Positions 40,183 to 52,486 are shown, counted from the first letter of the whole stretch. The stretch: 62,922 bases of DNA, filler included, from Octopus bimaculoides (GCF_001194135.2; 6 parts of 6 records of this genome joined end to end with filler, not necessarily neighbours in it); one strand, 5' to 3'. Numbers and translations are program-made. Notes: a model not told the origin generated them from the sequence alone.

Positions 40183-40732
40183 TTACACAGAACGAGGGAT
40201 AAATGGATAGACAGAAACACGGAGAGACAGACAGACAGACAGACAGAGGAAGGGGAAGAAAGAGAAAGAGGGTAGGGTGGGCTTAGTATTCGGTCATGTT
40301 GACACTAGTAGTTGACTGTTATTTTGTTTTATCGTCCCCCTGGAAGGATGAAAAGAAAAATTGACCTCTGTGGAATTTGAACTTAGAACCTGGAGAGTTA
40401 TTTTGAAATACCGCTACGCCAGGTATTTTTCTCCGTTCCTCTACCAATTTTTGATTACCAGACATCAATTTTGTGTATTTTTTTTCTTTATTGTTAGTTT
40501 GTTTCAATCATTGGGCAATGGTCATGCTGGGAGATGGGGACAAACATATACGAAAAGCCGAACGATTTGAGCCCAGGGTCTATTTTCTGAGTCTGGTTCT
40601 TGGTCTAATGGTCTATTTGCTTCACCGCAAAGTTACGAGATCGGAAAGAGACCTCCAATGTTTGTCAAACAAACGGGAAGCAAACATAAAGGCAGACACA
40701 CATAAATACATACATATATGGGGCCTGGCCTT

Positions 40733-41026
40733 ACACTCCGTCGGTCACGACGATGAGTATTCCGGTTGATCCTATCAACGGAACGGCCTGCTCGTAAAAT
40801 TAATTTCAAAATAGCTGAGTACACCAAAGACACGCGTAACTTTAACGTAGGTCTCAGGAAGACGCAGCTTGACAAGATTGGCCCTTCGATTTACAAGTAC
40901 AGCTCAGTTTTGGCAACTGAATGAAATGGAGCGACGCGAAATTAAATGTCTTGTCAAAGACGGCATGTGGCGCTGGGAATCGAACTAACGATCTAACGAT
41001 CGTGAGCCGCATACACTAAACATTAG
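40733..41026 (-). mobile_element. SINE family C, diverged
   Basis: Same layout as 3599-3910. Confidence 0.65.
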
Positions 41027-41042
41027 ACACACACACACACAT

Positions 41043-41208
41043 ATTCTTTTACTTGTTTCAGTCATTTGACTGCGGCCATGCTGGAGCACAGCCTTTAGTC
41101 GAGCAAATCGCGACCCCAGAACTTATTTTTTGTAAGCCTATTACTTATTCTATCAACCTCTTTTGCCGAACTGCTAAGTTACGGGGGGAGGGGGTACAAA
41201 CGCAGACA

Positions 41209-41259
<51 letters not shown>

Positions 41260-41428
41260 TTACACACGACGAGCTTCTTTCAGTTTACGTCTACCGAATC
41301 CACTCAAGGCTTTGGTCGGCCTGAGGCTCTAGTAGAAGACACTTACCTAAAGTTCCATGCAGTGGGACTGAACCCGGAACCAAATGGTTTGTAAGCAAAC
41401 TACTTACCACACAGCCACTCCTGCGCCT
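41043..41428 (-). mobile_element. SINE family A, full length
   Basis: From attcttttacttgtttcagtc to cacagccactcctgcgcct. Confidence 0.9.
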
Positions 41429-41438
41429 ATATATAAAT

Positions 41439-41475
<37 letters not shown>

Positions 41476-43733
41476 GACAGACAGACAGATAGATATGTAT
41501 GCATGTACGTACGTATGTATGTGTGTGAGAGAGAGAGATAATATACGGCGAGCTTTCATACAGTTTTTAATGATGGAAGGTGATGAAGAAGAGGGTCACT
41601 GGAATCATGTAAGGCTGAGGGTTTTCGCGAAACCTAGTTCACTGCGAATCGTAGGTAGTAAACGAGTGGGAAAAGCGCTGCATTGTGAGGTCCCTTTGGT
41701 CTGTTTCTTCGAGCAGCATTTCAAGTGCCGGTGCCACGATATAAGCACCTACCATATTGGTTGACGATAGGAAGGGTGTAAAGCCTTAGAAATCAGGCTA
41801 AGTGACACGTTCGGACACATTTATATGAAAGTGATGGCGCCTATTAAAAAAAAAAAATCCTGAATCGGACCAGAACGACCTCTCCAACCAATGCCAGTAT
41901 GGAAAGCGGACGTAAAAAGATGATCGGTTTGAAATATTTCATTTTCTATAATCGTTTCTAACTCTACCAAAACTCGGTTATAAATTTTGTCAGTATTTTC
42001 TACATTATCCTCTTACATTGTTCCTTTCTCTCCGCTCCTCCCACGCACATCAATATTTATATCCTTACAGGAATCTACCGCCGTCTTTAGAATCACGTGA
42101 CACTGAATCTCGTCACTTCATACTGAAGAGAAATTTCTTTATCCCTGTTAAACTACCGCGATATCGTCCCCATTTTCAGCATCCAAAATTCGAGCCAACT
42201 TGGAAGCATTTTACATGAGTGTTTCTCAAACTTATTTAAATAAAGCCCCCACCCACCCTTTCTTTTACTACGATTCAATAAANNNNNNNNNNNNNNNNNN
42301 NNNNNNNNNNNNNNNNNNNNNNNNNNNNNNNNNNNNNNNNNNNNNNNNNNNNNNNNNNNNNNNNNNNNNNNNNNNNNNNNNNNNNNNNNNNNNNNNNNNN
42401 NNNNNNNNNNNNNNNNNNNNNNNNNNNNNNNNNNNNNNNNNNNNNNNNNNNNNNNNNNNNNNNNNNNNNNNNNNNNNNNNNNNNNNNNNNNNNNNNNNNN
42501 NNNNNNNNNNNNNNNNNNNNNNNNNNNNNNNNNNNNNNNNNNNNNNNNNNNNNNNNNNNNNNNNNNNNNNNNNNNNNNNNNNNNNNNNNNNNNNNNNNNN
42601 NNNNNNNNNNNNNNNNNNNNNNNNNNNNNNNNNNNNNNNNNNNNNNNNNNNNNNNNNNNNNNNNNNNNNNNNNNNNNNNNNNNNNNNNNNNNNNNNNNNN
42701 NNNNNNNNNNNNNNNNNNNNNNNNNNNNNNNNNNNNNNNNNNNNNNNNNNNNNNNNNNNNNNNNNNNNNNNNNNNNNNNNNNNNNNNNNNNNNNNNNNNN
42801 NNNNNNNNNNNNNNNNNNNNNNNNNNNNNNNNNNNNNNNNNNNNNNNNNNNNNNNNNNNNNNNNNNNNNNNNNNNNNNNNNNNNNNNNNNNNNNNNNNNN
42901 NNNNNNNNNNNNNNNNNNNNNNNNNNNNNNNNNNNNNNNNNNNNNNNNNNNNNNNNNNNNNNNNNNNNNNNNNNNNNNNNNNNNNNNNNNNNNNNNNNNN
43001 NNNNNNNNNNNNNNNNNNNNNNNNNNNNNNNNNNNNNNNNNNNNNNNNNNNNNNNNNNNNNNNNNNNNNNNNNNNNNNNNNNNNNNNNNNNNNNNNNNNN
43101 NNNNNNNNNNNNNNNNNNNNNNNNNNNNNNNNNNNNNNNNNNNNNNNNNAATAAGTCAGTCGCATCAATCATACACACTTACACACACACACACACACAC
43201 ACACACAACACTCTATTAACCTATCTATATGTGTATCTGTATGTGTGCGTGCGCGTATTTACCTCTCTCTTACTTTCTCTACTCTATTTTGTGTAGGTCG
43301 AAGTCCCTTTCATTAATGGAGATAAGGTAGGACAATTGTCATATCTGACGATGCTTACTGAGCCAGAAACACGTGTCCAGAACATTCCTTTTATCTCTGG
43401 TCAACAAGCCTGTCCTTAGTGTCCTTAATCGCAGGTCAGCTTTGTAGAAAATTCTTGAATCTCAAGACTGTTTCCTCTTTTCACTCGGGTCTCGTCATAA
43501 TTTTCATTTGGTAACTATGAAACATCCTCCAGAAGCGGTGTTAATTATTGTTAGAAATTAAAAGAAATTGAGACAAGACATGGGCTATATGTGGTAGCTT
43601 GATCCGCTGAAAGTGGCAGTGTGGCAGTCAGATCTTCACCCCATCTCTCCCTCTCTGTCTCTCCCACTTTCTCTCTCTCCCTCTCTTTCTCTCTCTCTCT
43701 CTCCCCCTCTCTCTCTCTCTCTGTATGTGTATG

Positions 43734-43768
<35 letters not shown>

Positions 43769-43860
43769 ATGTGTGTGTGTGTATCCTTTTATTCTTCTTT
43801 GTTTCAGCCTTGGGGCTGCTGGTACACCATATAATATAATATATTATATATTATATTTAT

Positions 43861-44005
43861 AGGCGTAGGAGTGACTGTGCGGTAAGAAGCTTGCTTCCCA
43901 ACCACATGGTTCCGGGTTCAGTCCCACTGCGTAGCACCTTGGGCAAGTGTCTTCTACTAAAGCCTTGAGTGGATTTTGCAGACGGAAACTGAAAGAAGCC
44001 CGTCG

Positions 44006-44042
<37 letters not shown>

Positions 44043-44289
44043 CTATGTGTGCGAGAGAGTATGTGTGCGTGTGTGTGTTTGTGTGTGTGTGTGTGTTTGT
44101 TTGTTCCTCCATCACCACTTGAGAAGTGGTGTTGGTGTGTTTACGTACCCGTAACCTAGCGGTTCGGCAAGAGAGACTATAGAATAAGTACCAGGCTTAC
44201 AGAATAAGAACTATGGGTCGATTAATTCGACTTCAAATTCAAAGTGATGCCCCAGCATGGCCGCAGTCTAATGAGTGAAACCAGTAAAA
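43861..44289 (+). mobile_element. SINE family A, full length
   Basis: aggcgtaggagtgactgtgcggtaag head to gagtgaaaccagtaaaa tail. Confidence 0.9.
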
Positions 44290-44910
44290 TATATATATAT
44301 ATATATTTTTTTTTCTTTTTTCAAAATGTAAGCACATGTGAATCATTGGCGATTTTTTCGTCCNNNNNNNNNNNNNNNNNNNNNNNNNNNNNNNNNNNNN
44401 NNNNNNNNNNNNNNNNNNNNNNNNNNNNNNNNNNNNNNNNNNNNNNNNNNNNNNNNNNNNNNNNNNNNNNNNNNNNNNNNNNNNNNNNNNNNNNNNNNNN
44501 NNNNNNNNNNNNNNNNNNNNNNNNNNNNNNNNNNNNNNNNNNNNNNNNNNNNNNNNNNNNNNNNNNNNNNNNNNNNNNNNNNNNNNNNNNNNNNNNNNNN
44601 NNNNNNNNNNNNNNNNNNNNNNNNNNNNNNNNNNNNNNNNNNNNNNNNNNNNNNNNNNNNNNNNNNNNNNNNNNNNNNNNNNNNNNNNNNNNNNNNNNNN
44701 NNNNNNNNNNNNNNNNNNNNNNNNNNNNNNNNNNNNNNNNNNNNNNNNNNNNNNNNNNNNNNNNNNNNNNNNNNNNNNNNNNNNNNNNNNNNNNNNNNNN
44801 NNNNNNNNNNNNNNNNNNNNNNNNNNNNNNNNNNNNNNNNNNNNNNNNNNNNNNNNNNNNNNNNNNNNNNNNNNNNNNNNNNNNNNNNNNNNNNNNNNNN
44901 NNNNNNNNNN

Positions 44911-44967
<57 letters not shown>

Positions 44968-45559
44968 CAGACAGACAGACAGAGGGAGAAGAGAATCGAT
45001 TTTGCTTTTTACCTATTATCTGGAACAAAATAAGGGAAGCTTCTAAGAAAAACATAAACGATTGTTCTCTTCTCTAAAATACATCACTTTATTCTTATTT
45101 CACTTTGAAATCAACAATTAATTCTTTACAGGAAATCACGATTAATTTTCTTGCTGTATTTTATATATTTATTTTAAAATACACGAAGTGAAATAAATTA
45201 TTTCACCATCTGTAATCCAGAACAATTTTAACGTTTCGGACAAGACACTTCTCATAAAATTTACACTTATAAAATTTCTATTGAAAACTTTAAGATTTTT
45301 CTTCCTGTTCCTCAAAGCAAATCATTTTATGCCCCACTTTGAGAACTTTGTACACTTAATATTCTCTGACTCAGACAGTCGCTGTTTTTCCCAAGACTGC
45401 CCCGTTCAGCTATTATATATTTTAAATATTGATTACATTCAAAACGTTGTTATTTTTCCTTAGAACGAACAGACTTCATTCTTTTATCCAACTGGAAAAT
45501 GGGATTCTACGTTAAGTTTTGTGTCACTCGGAAAAGAATTAACGAAACGAAATTTCAAT

Positions 45560-46010
45560 TAACCTTAATTTGAATCTGGATCACTAATTCCTCTCACTCA
45601 TCACAGTTGGGGACATAACCATACAGAATATTTCTTAAATATATTCTTTTCTTAAAAAAAAAAAACCCTGGGATCTCATTTCGAACGGAGAAATAGGTTT
45701 GCATGTAAAGCGTTTTTTTATTGTCTCTCTTGGAAGTTATTAACGAAGAGATTTTTCGATTAACCTGGAAGTGGAGCTAGTTCACCAATTCTTCTCACTC
45801 TTCGCAGTTGGGGTACATACATGACCGCACAGTTTACATTCTAAATTTGTTGTATTCTAAGAAAAAAAAATAGGGTTTTTATTTCGATTGGAGAAAAGGG
45901 TGACTGTGTTATATTTTTAGTTAGTCGTTGATATATTATCCAAGCGAGAATCGAAACCAGTTTATCAATTCTCACTTCTCACATAACTGTTGAGATTACA
46001 TGAACGCACG
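45560..46010 (+). repeat. Degenerate ~190-200-bp tandem repeat, ~2.3 units
   Basis: tcacyaattc.tctcactc.tc.cagttgggg.acata recurs at 45581 and 45782, more weakly at 45961. Confidence 0.5.
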
Positions 46011-46069
46011 AATTACATAACTACACAGATTACATAACCGCATAGATTACATGACCAGAAAGGCGCACC

Positions 46070-46252
46070 ATCGCTCGACAACTGATGTTGGTGTGTTTAC
46101 GTCTCCGTAACTTAGCGGTCCGGCAAAAGTGACTGGTAGAGTAAGTACTAGGATTACAAAGAATAAGTCCTGGGGGTCGATTTGTTCGACTAAAAGCTGT
46201 GCTCCAGCATGGCCGTAGTCAAAGGACTGAAACAAGTAAAAGAATAAAAGAA
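46070..46252 (+). mobile_element. SINE family A, 3' half
   Basis: ttggtgtgtttacgtctccgtaacttagcgg...gactgaaacaagtaaaag. Confidence 0.85.
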
Positions 46253-46414
46253 TTTTAAAGAAGTAGATATGCATCTATCGACCCTTTCAATAGTCCCATC
46301 GACCCCCAAGAGGGGTCGATATCGACCACTTTGGAGACCCCTAAATTAACTGAAACACTTGTAACCGATGGAGTGCCAATTACGTGTGTGTGTGTGTATG
46401 TGTGTGCGCGCACG

Positions 46415-46462
<48 letters not shown>

Positions 46463-46586
46463 TTAAAGACGCGTAGGTTATTGGTTAAGGCATTTGGCTC
46501 ACGATCGTATGGTCCTGGTTTCGATCCCCGGAGATACTACATTTAAGATTACTCGTGTCTGCAGAGTGCTCAACTACTTGCACGTT

Positions 46587-47164
46587 GTTCTGTATTTTAG
46601 AGATGAGGAATTATGTACATTGCTTGCATTGGACAGAAAGATGTCCTCACCTCGATTGTTGTTACTACAACGTTTCGGCTAAAGTACTCTCCACCCTTCA
46701 TCAGGTGTTCTGGTGGAATTTTGAACCCAAACCTTTATTTCACGAATGGGGTATTCTGTTCTCATTCCGAAGGTTTTTTTTTTTTTTTTTTTGCTGATGT
46801 TATTATAATCATTATTATTATTATTTATTCAAGACACTGCCTGGGACTGAACTCGGAATTGAAATGGAATTAAAATCGCTATATGCCCACGGGCATATAG
46901 TGTAGTGCTTAAGAGCGCTGGCTTCTAACCCTAAAGATTCCGAGTTCAATTCCAGGCAGTGACTTGAATAAATAATAATAATAATAATAACATCAGTAAA
47001 AAATACCTTAGGAATGAGAACAGAGTACCCCATTCGTCTAATAAAGGGTTGGGTTGGAAATTCCACCAGGACACCTGATGAAAGCTGGAGAATACATGAG
47101 CCGAAACGGTGTGGTAAACAGCAAACAAGGCGAGGACATCTATCCGTCCATTCTAAGTAATGTT
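46587..47164. mobile_element. Head-to-head pair of a tRNA-headed, hammerhead-tailed SINE inserted as one unit into a family B/C SINE tail
   Basis: 46616-46862 is the reverse complement of about 46935-47160; central hairpin ctatatgccc-ac-gggcatatag (46879-46900); cttgcacgtt flanks both sides (46577-46586, 47165-47174). Confidence 0.75.
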
Positions 47165-47887
47165 CTTGCACGTTAATTTCACGAGCAGTCTGTTCTGTTC
47201 AGCGTCTCAACCGACGGAGTACCAGTTCTTGTCTGTCTTAGAAACCTTAGCAAATCATAATTACATTCAATATAGAATCGAAACGAGTTTGCCTGTTATC
47301 CTGCCTTGTCCTTTTTGCTCACCTTTCTCACACCTGAGAACATAGCTGTTTTACAGTCCAAACTTCCATTCCCGGCTCCAAACGTCATTCGCCGTTTTTT
47401 TTATTTATTTATTTTATTGCAGAATCTAAAGCGAATGAAAACAAGCCTGAGCATTAAACAAACAAGGTAACATGGCTTAAGTATCGTCACACCCGTTGGA
47501 TGTGTCCATCATGTGGGTAGAGGTATGTACCCCTACTGACAGGACATGGAATGGGTGGCGAGGGAAGGGAGAGAAAAAGGGGTTGCAGTATCAGCAGGTG
47601 CTTGTTCTGGAGGTGGTGGTGGTGGTGGAATGGGGGAGGACGTGTTATTCTTGTTGTCGTTATTGCTGTGGATGTTGTTGTTGGGGGGGGGTGAAGGTGA
47701 GGGTGAGACGACGATGGTGGTGATGGTGAAGGTGGTGGTGGTGGTGGTGTTGCTGTTGTTGTCGTTGTAGTGTTAGTGGTGGTGGTGNNNNNNNNNNNNN
47801 NNNNNNNNNNNNNNNNNNNNNNNNNNNNNNNTTAATTAATTAANNNNNNNNNNNNNNNNNNNNNNNNNNNNNNNNNNNNNNNNNNNN

Positions 47888-48005
47888 GCTGTAGAAACTC
47901 TGCCAAATTAGATTGGAGCCTGGTGTTGCCATCCGGTTTCACCAGTCCTCAGTCAAATCGTCCAACCCATGCTAGCATGGAAAGCGGACGTTAAACGATG
48001 ATGAT
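47888..48005 (+). mobile_element. Retroposon family E 3' end
   Basis: Near-identical to 35159-35281. Confidence 0.8.
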
Positions 48006-48127
48006 ATGTTATTTTAAGCAAATATTTATGTATAAATTTCATAAGCGTTTATAAGGTAAAGCCTGAAATATAAAGGGGTCCGCAAGTCAAAAAGTTTGAA
48101 AACCCCTGCAGTAAAGAAATGCAGTCT

Positions 48128-48337
48128 CGGGTGGTTTGGGCATGTCATCTGCTCATCAGAGATGGCCAAAGCAGTCCTTCAGGGAACAGTCAAAGGTGGC
48201 AGATGCAGAGAAAGAGGTGGGAAAACATCTGTGAATGGACAGGTCTAAAGAGGCAGAAAACAGAGACGGGTGGGAAGGTGTGGTTGCAAGGTCATCAGTG
48301 GTGCCCCAACAGTCAGCCAGACTACAGGATATGTAAT
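48128..48337 (+). pseudogene. RTE/BovB-like LINE C-terminal fossil
   Basis: Translates in two frames to WFGHVICSSEMAKAVLQGTVKGGR / QRKRWENICEWTGL, the RTE WFGHV...LQG.V.G.R.RGR..K.W.DNI.EWTG motif. Confidence 0.75.
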
Positions 48338-48622
48338 GTAATTCTTTGTACTGTAAGTGGCTTAATTACTGTCCTAGGCAAAAGTATGTAGGGATTAAGT
48401 ATGCATACAAAAGATCAGAAACCTGTTGATTATAGTTAACTTAGCCAATATTGAAACTTTTATATTTCAGTAGATGCTAAGAAAATGTAAATATATTGTT
48501 TGGTGACTCTAATCTTGGTAGAGATACTGGAGAATTTGTCAGATCTTATGACAATACAAATTATCCACTATCTCTACACTTTTGGATTCATCTGGAATAA
48601 TAAAAAATTAAAAAAACTTTGT

Positions 48623-48774
48623 CATGGCTGTGTGGTAAGAAGCTTGCTTCTGACTACATGATGCAGAGTTCAGTCCCACTTCATGACACCTTTGGCAAGA
48701 ATCTTCTACTATAACCTCAGGCTGACCAAAGTCTTGTGAGTGGATTTGGTAGATGAAAACTGAAAGAAGCCAGT

Positions 48775-48829
<55 letters not shown>

Positions 48830-49018
48830 CCATGTATCTGTCTGTCCCCCACTACCGCTCGACAACTGGTGTTGGTGTGTTTACATCTCTGTAACATAGC
48901 AGTTCAGCAAAAGAGACCTGATAAAATAAGTACTGAGATCAATTCATTTGACCAAAAAATTCTTCAAGGCAGTGCCCCAGCATGACCACAGTCCAATGAC
49001 TGAAACGATTAAAAGAAA
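48623..49018 (+). mobile_element. SINE family A
   Basis: Full family A layout. Confidence 0.85.
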
Positions 49019-49061
49019 AGGCTTGGCATCAGGGAAAACATCCAGCCTTGAAAGTCCTGCC

Positions 49062-49439
49062 TCAGCCATTTGACTGCGGCCATGCTGCAGCACCACCTTA
49101 AGAGGTTTTAGTCAAACAAATCGACCCCAAGACTTATTTCTAAAGCTGAGTACTTATTTTATCAGTCTCTTTTGCCAAACTGCTAGGTTGCAGGGATGTA
49201 AACACCAACACCAGTTGTCAAGTGGTGATGGGGAGGACAAACACAAACAGAAAGACATGCACATAGATATATACATATGACAAGCTTCTTTCAGTTTCCA
49301 TCTACTAAATCCACTCAAGGCTTTGGTTGGCCCGGGGCTAAAGTAGAAGATACTTGTCCAAGGTGCCATGCAGTGGGACTGAACCCGGAACCATGTGGTT
49401 GGGAATCAAGCTTCTTACCACACAGCCTCACCTATGCCT
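49062..49439 (-). mobile_element. SINE family A, inverted relative to 48623-49018
   Basis: Full family A layout on the minus strand. Confidence 0.85.
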
Positions 49440-49455
49440 ATTAAAATTCCCCTTA

Positions 49456-49487
49456 TGAAGATGCTGGGTATCGAACCCGGGGCCTTT
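49456..49487 (-). pseudogene. 3' half of a tRNA-Ala-like sequence
   Basis: aaaggccccgggttcgatacccagcatcttca resembles the metazoan tRNA-Ala 3' half (..aggccccgggttcgatccccggcatctcca); 5' half absent. Confidence 0.45.
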
Positions 49488-49721
49488 CAAAACAAATGAA
49501 AAACACGTGTGCTCCAGCATGGTCACAAACACATGGCTGAAACAAAAACATACATAGAATTTCAGTTACATTTATCAGTGAAATAAAGTTTTATTTTTGT
49601 TTTTGAATTAAACTTTTTTTTGTTGTTTTGATGTAAACATTTTTTTTCTTTTCTGATGTAAGCATTTTTTAAAAAAAATTTTACTCATTGCAGGGGCACC
49701 AAATAAAATTTTCAGAATTCC

Positions 49722-50905
49722 AAGACGGAAACTGAAAGAAGCTTGTCGTGTATATATATATGTGTGTGTGTGTTTGTCCCCTATCACTGCTTAACCTTCT
49801 GTGCTAGTGTGTTTATGTCAGTGGTTCGGCAATAAAACAGACCAATAAAATAAGGACCCATAAGTCCTAGGGTTGATACATTCAACTAAAAATTCTTTAA
49901 GGTGGTGCCCCAGCGTGGCTTGCAGTCTCATGAGTGAAACAAGTAAAAAGTAAAAGATATCGAAGAAACAACTGAACAGACGGCAAACACCTGTTGAAGA
50001 GAACGTAATTAAAATTAATGATCTGATTGAAAATAATTATTATACTGAAAGTACCATTTTCTTACATCATTGGAATTAGAGATCAGCACTTGATTCTGAG
50101 TTCAATCTCACTGCGTTGCATCTTGGGCAAGTGTCTTCTACTATAGCCTCAGGCTGACCAAAGCCTTGTGAGTGGATTTGGTAGACGGAAACTGAAAGAA
50201 GCTTTCTATATATGTATGTATGTGTTTGTGTGTGCATCTCTTTGCCCCTCCCCCTCCTTGCTTGACAACCAATGCTTGTGTGTTTATGTCTCCATAACTT
50301 AGTGGTTTGGCAAAGGCGACTGATAGAATATGTACTAGGCTTACAAAGAATAAGTCCTGAGTCAATATCTTCGACTGAAACCCTTGAAGGTATGGCCGAA
50401 GTCAAATGACTGAAACAAGTAAAAAAATAAAAAATATGGGACATTACAAAGCTAACTAGAAATAGGTGAAAAAGTATATGACTAAAGGTGCATGTGTAGA
50501 TGGAAACTAATAGAAGCCTGTTGTGTGTACATATATATATATATGTGTATATGTATATGTGTGTATATATATGTCTTGAGAACCTGTGTTGGTATATTTA
50601 CATCCCCATAATTTAGTGGTTCAGCAAAAGAGATTGATAGAATAAGTACCAGGCTGAAAAAAAAAGTTCTGAGGTCAATTTATTCTGTTAGGGTAACCCA
50701 AATTTTATTTTTCTGTTTGAGAATTGGTTGAAAATTGAGTTTTGAGGTGTGGCTGTGTAGTAAGAAGCTTGCTTCCCAACCTCATGGTTCCGGGTTCAGT
50801 CCTGCTGCGTAGCACTTGGGGCAAGTGTCTTCTACTATAGCCCTGGGCTGACCAAAGTCTCGTGTAGGTATTTGGTAGACAGAAACTGAAAGAAGCCCAT
50901 CGCAA
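49722..50905 (+). mobile_element. Four further partial family A SINEs (about 49722-49956, 50094-50432, 50498-50690, 50746-50905)
   Basis: Repeated ggtagacggaaactgaaagaag and aataagtac motifs. Confidence 0.75.
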
Positions 50906-51126
50906 CAACAACACAACATATATATATATATCAAAATATATATACAAATATATACATATAAATATCCTTTTGAGTGTTGGGCCTCGTGGAGGCAATGACC
51001 AAGACCTTTGGTATTATGTTGTGATTGAGAAGACCCATCAAGCCAAGCAAAAATCAGTCGCGGCAGATACTGGTGCCATGCAAATTGGCACATAAATACA
51101 AGATGGTATCACGCAAATGGTACCCA

Positions 51127-51555
51127 TGCCAGTGGCAAATAAAAGCATACATTACATTCTCAGAGTGGTTGGCTTTAGGAAGGGCATCCATAGAAAACCA
51201 TGCCAAATCAGACTGGAACCTGGGGCAGCGTTCCAGCCCAGTCAAATAATCCAACCCATGCCAGCATGGACAATGGCCATTAAATGATGAATATAGATAT
51301 ATATATATACATACACACACATATATATATATATACATATACACACACACGCATATATATATATATAAATATACATCATCATCGTTTAGCGTCCATTTTC
51401 CATGCAGGCATGGGTTGGACAGGTTGACTGGGGACTGGCAAGCCAGTAGGTTGCACCAGGTTCCAATCTGATCTGGCAAGGTTTCTACAGTTGGATGCTC
51501 TTCCTAGCGCCAACCATTCTGAGTGTAGTTGGTGCTTTTTATGTGCCACTGGCAT
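51127..51555. mobile_element. Tail-to-tail inverted pair of family E ends (51127-51290 plus, 51374-51555 minus) separated by an AT/CA microsatellite
   Basis: ggaagggcatcc...ccatgccagcatgga is matched in reverse by tccatgcaggcatggg...ggatgctcttcc. Confidence 0.75.
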
Positions 51556-52486
51556 CGATCACATTCTAATGGTACTTTTATGTGCCACCAGCACGGGGAG
51601 CCAGTCAGGCAGCATTGGCATCAACCTAGGCTTCAATGGTGCTTTTTATGTGCTACCAGCATGGGTACCAGTCAGGTGGCACTGGCAACTGCCATAACTA
51701 CAATTTCCATTTTGATTCGATTTGATTTCATTTGACTCAATAGGTCTTCTCAAGTGTAGCGTATTGCCGGGTGATTCAACAGTACTTTTCAATGGGCTGC
51801 TTATATGACCATGGTGTAGGCCACAGCTGTGATCTCACTCTACTTGCCGCAGTTCCGTTTCACTTGACTCAACAGGTCTTTTCAAGTAGTGTATTGCTCG
51901 ATGATTCAAGGGTACTTTTAAATAGGCTGGATATGTGACACTGCTATCAGCCACTCACTTTACTGGCCGGGTCTTTTCAATAATAGCATATCTCTAAAGG
52001 TCACAGTCTCTACATACATACATATATATATATCATTTTCCATTCTACCTGAGCATTAAACTAATAAACCTGCTTGTCATTCCTACACTTGTCTTTGCCT
52101 TTTGTTTTCTATAAATTTGAATTATATATATTTATGTACACACATAAACACATTAACTTACATGGCAACTATATAAATATATGTGTCTATGTATGTATAT
52201 GCACCATATATAAATCTTATTTTAAGATGAAATATTTTGTCTTACAGTTTTGTATTTATTCATAACATAACAACTTTTCAGTGATATTCTTACTAATATC
52301 TGAGAAAACATTTCTCAAAATTTTATTGACCATCTCAAATATATCAACATTACCTTTCTTCTATCCAGGAAATATTTTACATGAAATATATATGAGTAGA
52401 TGCATGGATATACAAACCATCACAAATGTTTTGTGATCTCATCAATGTAGATATAGTTGCTGAGATATAAAATATAGTAATAGTAA

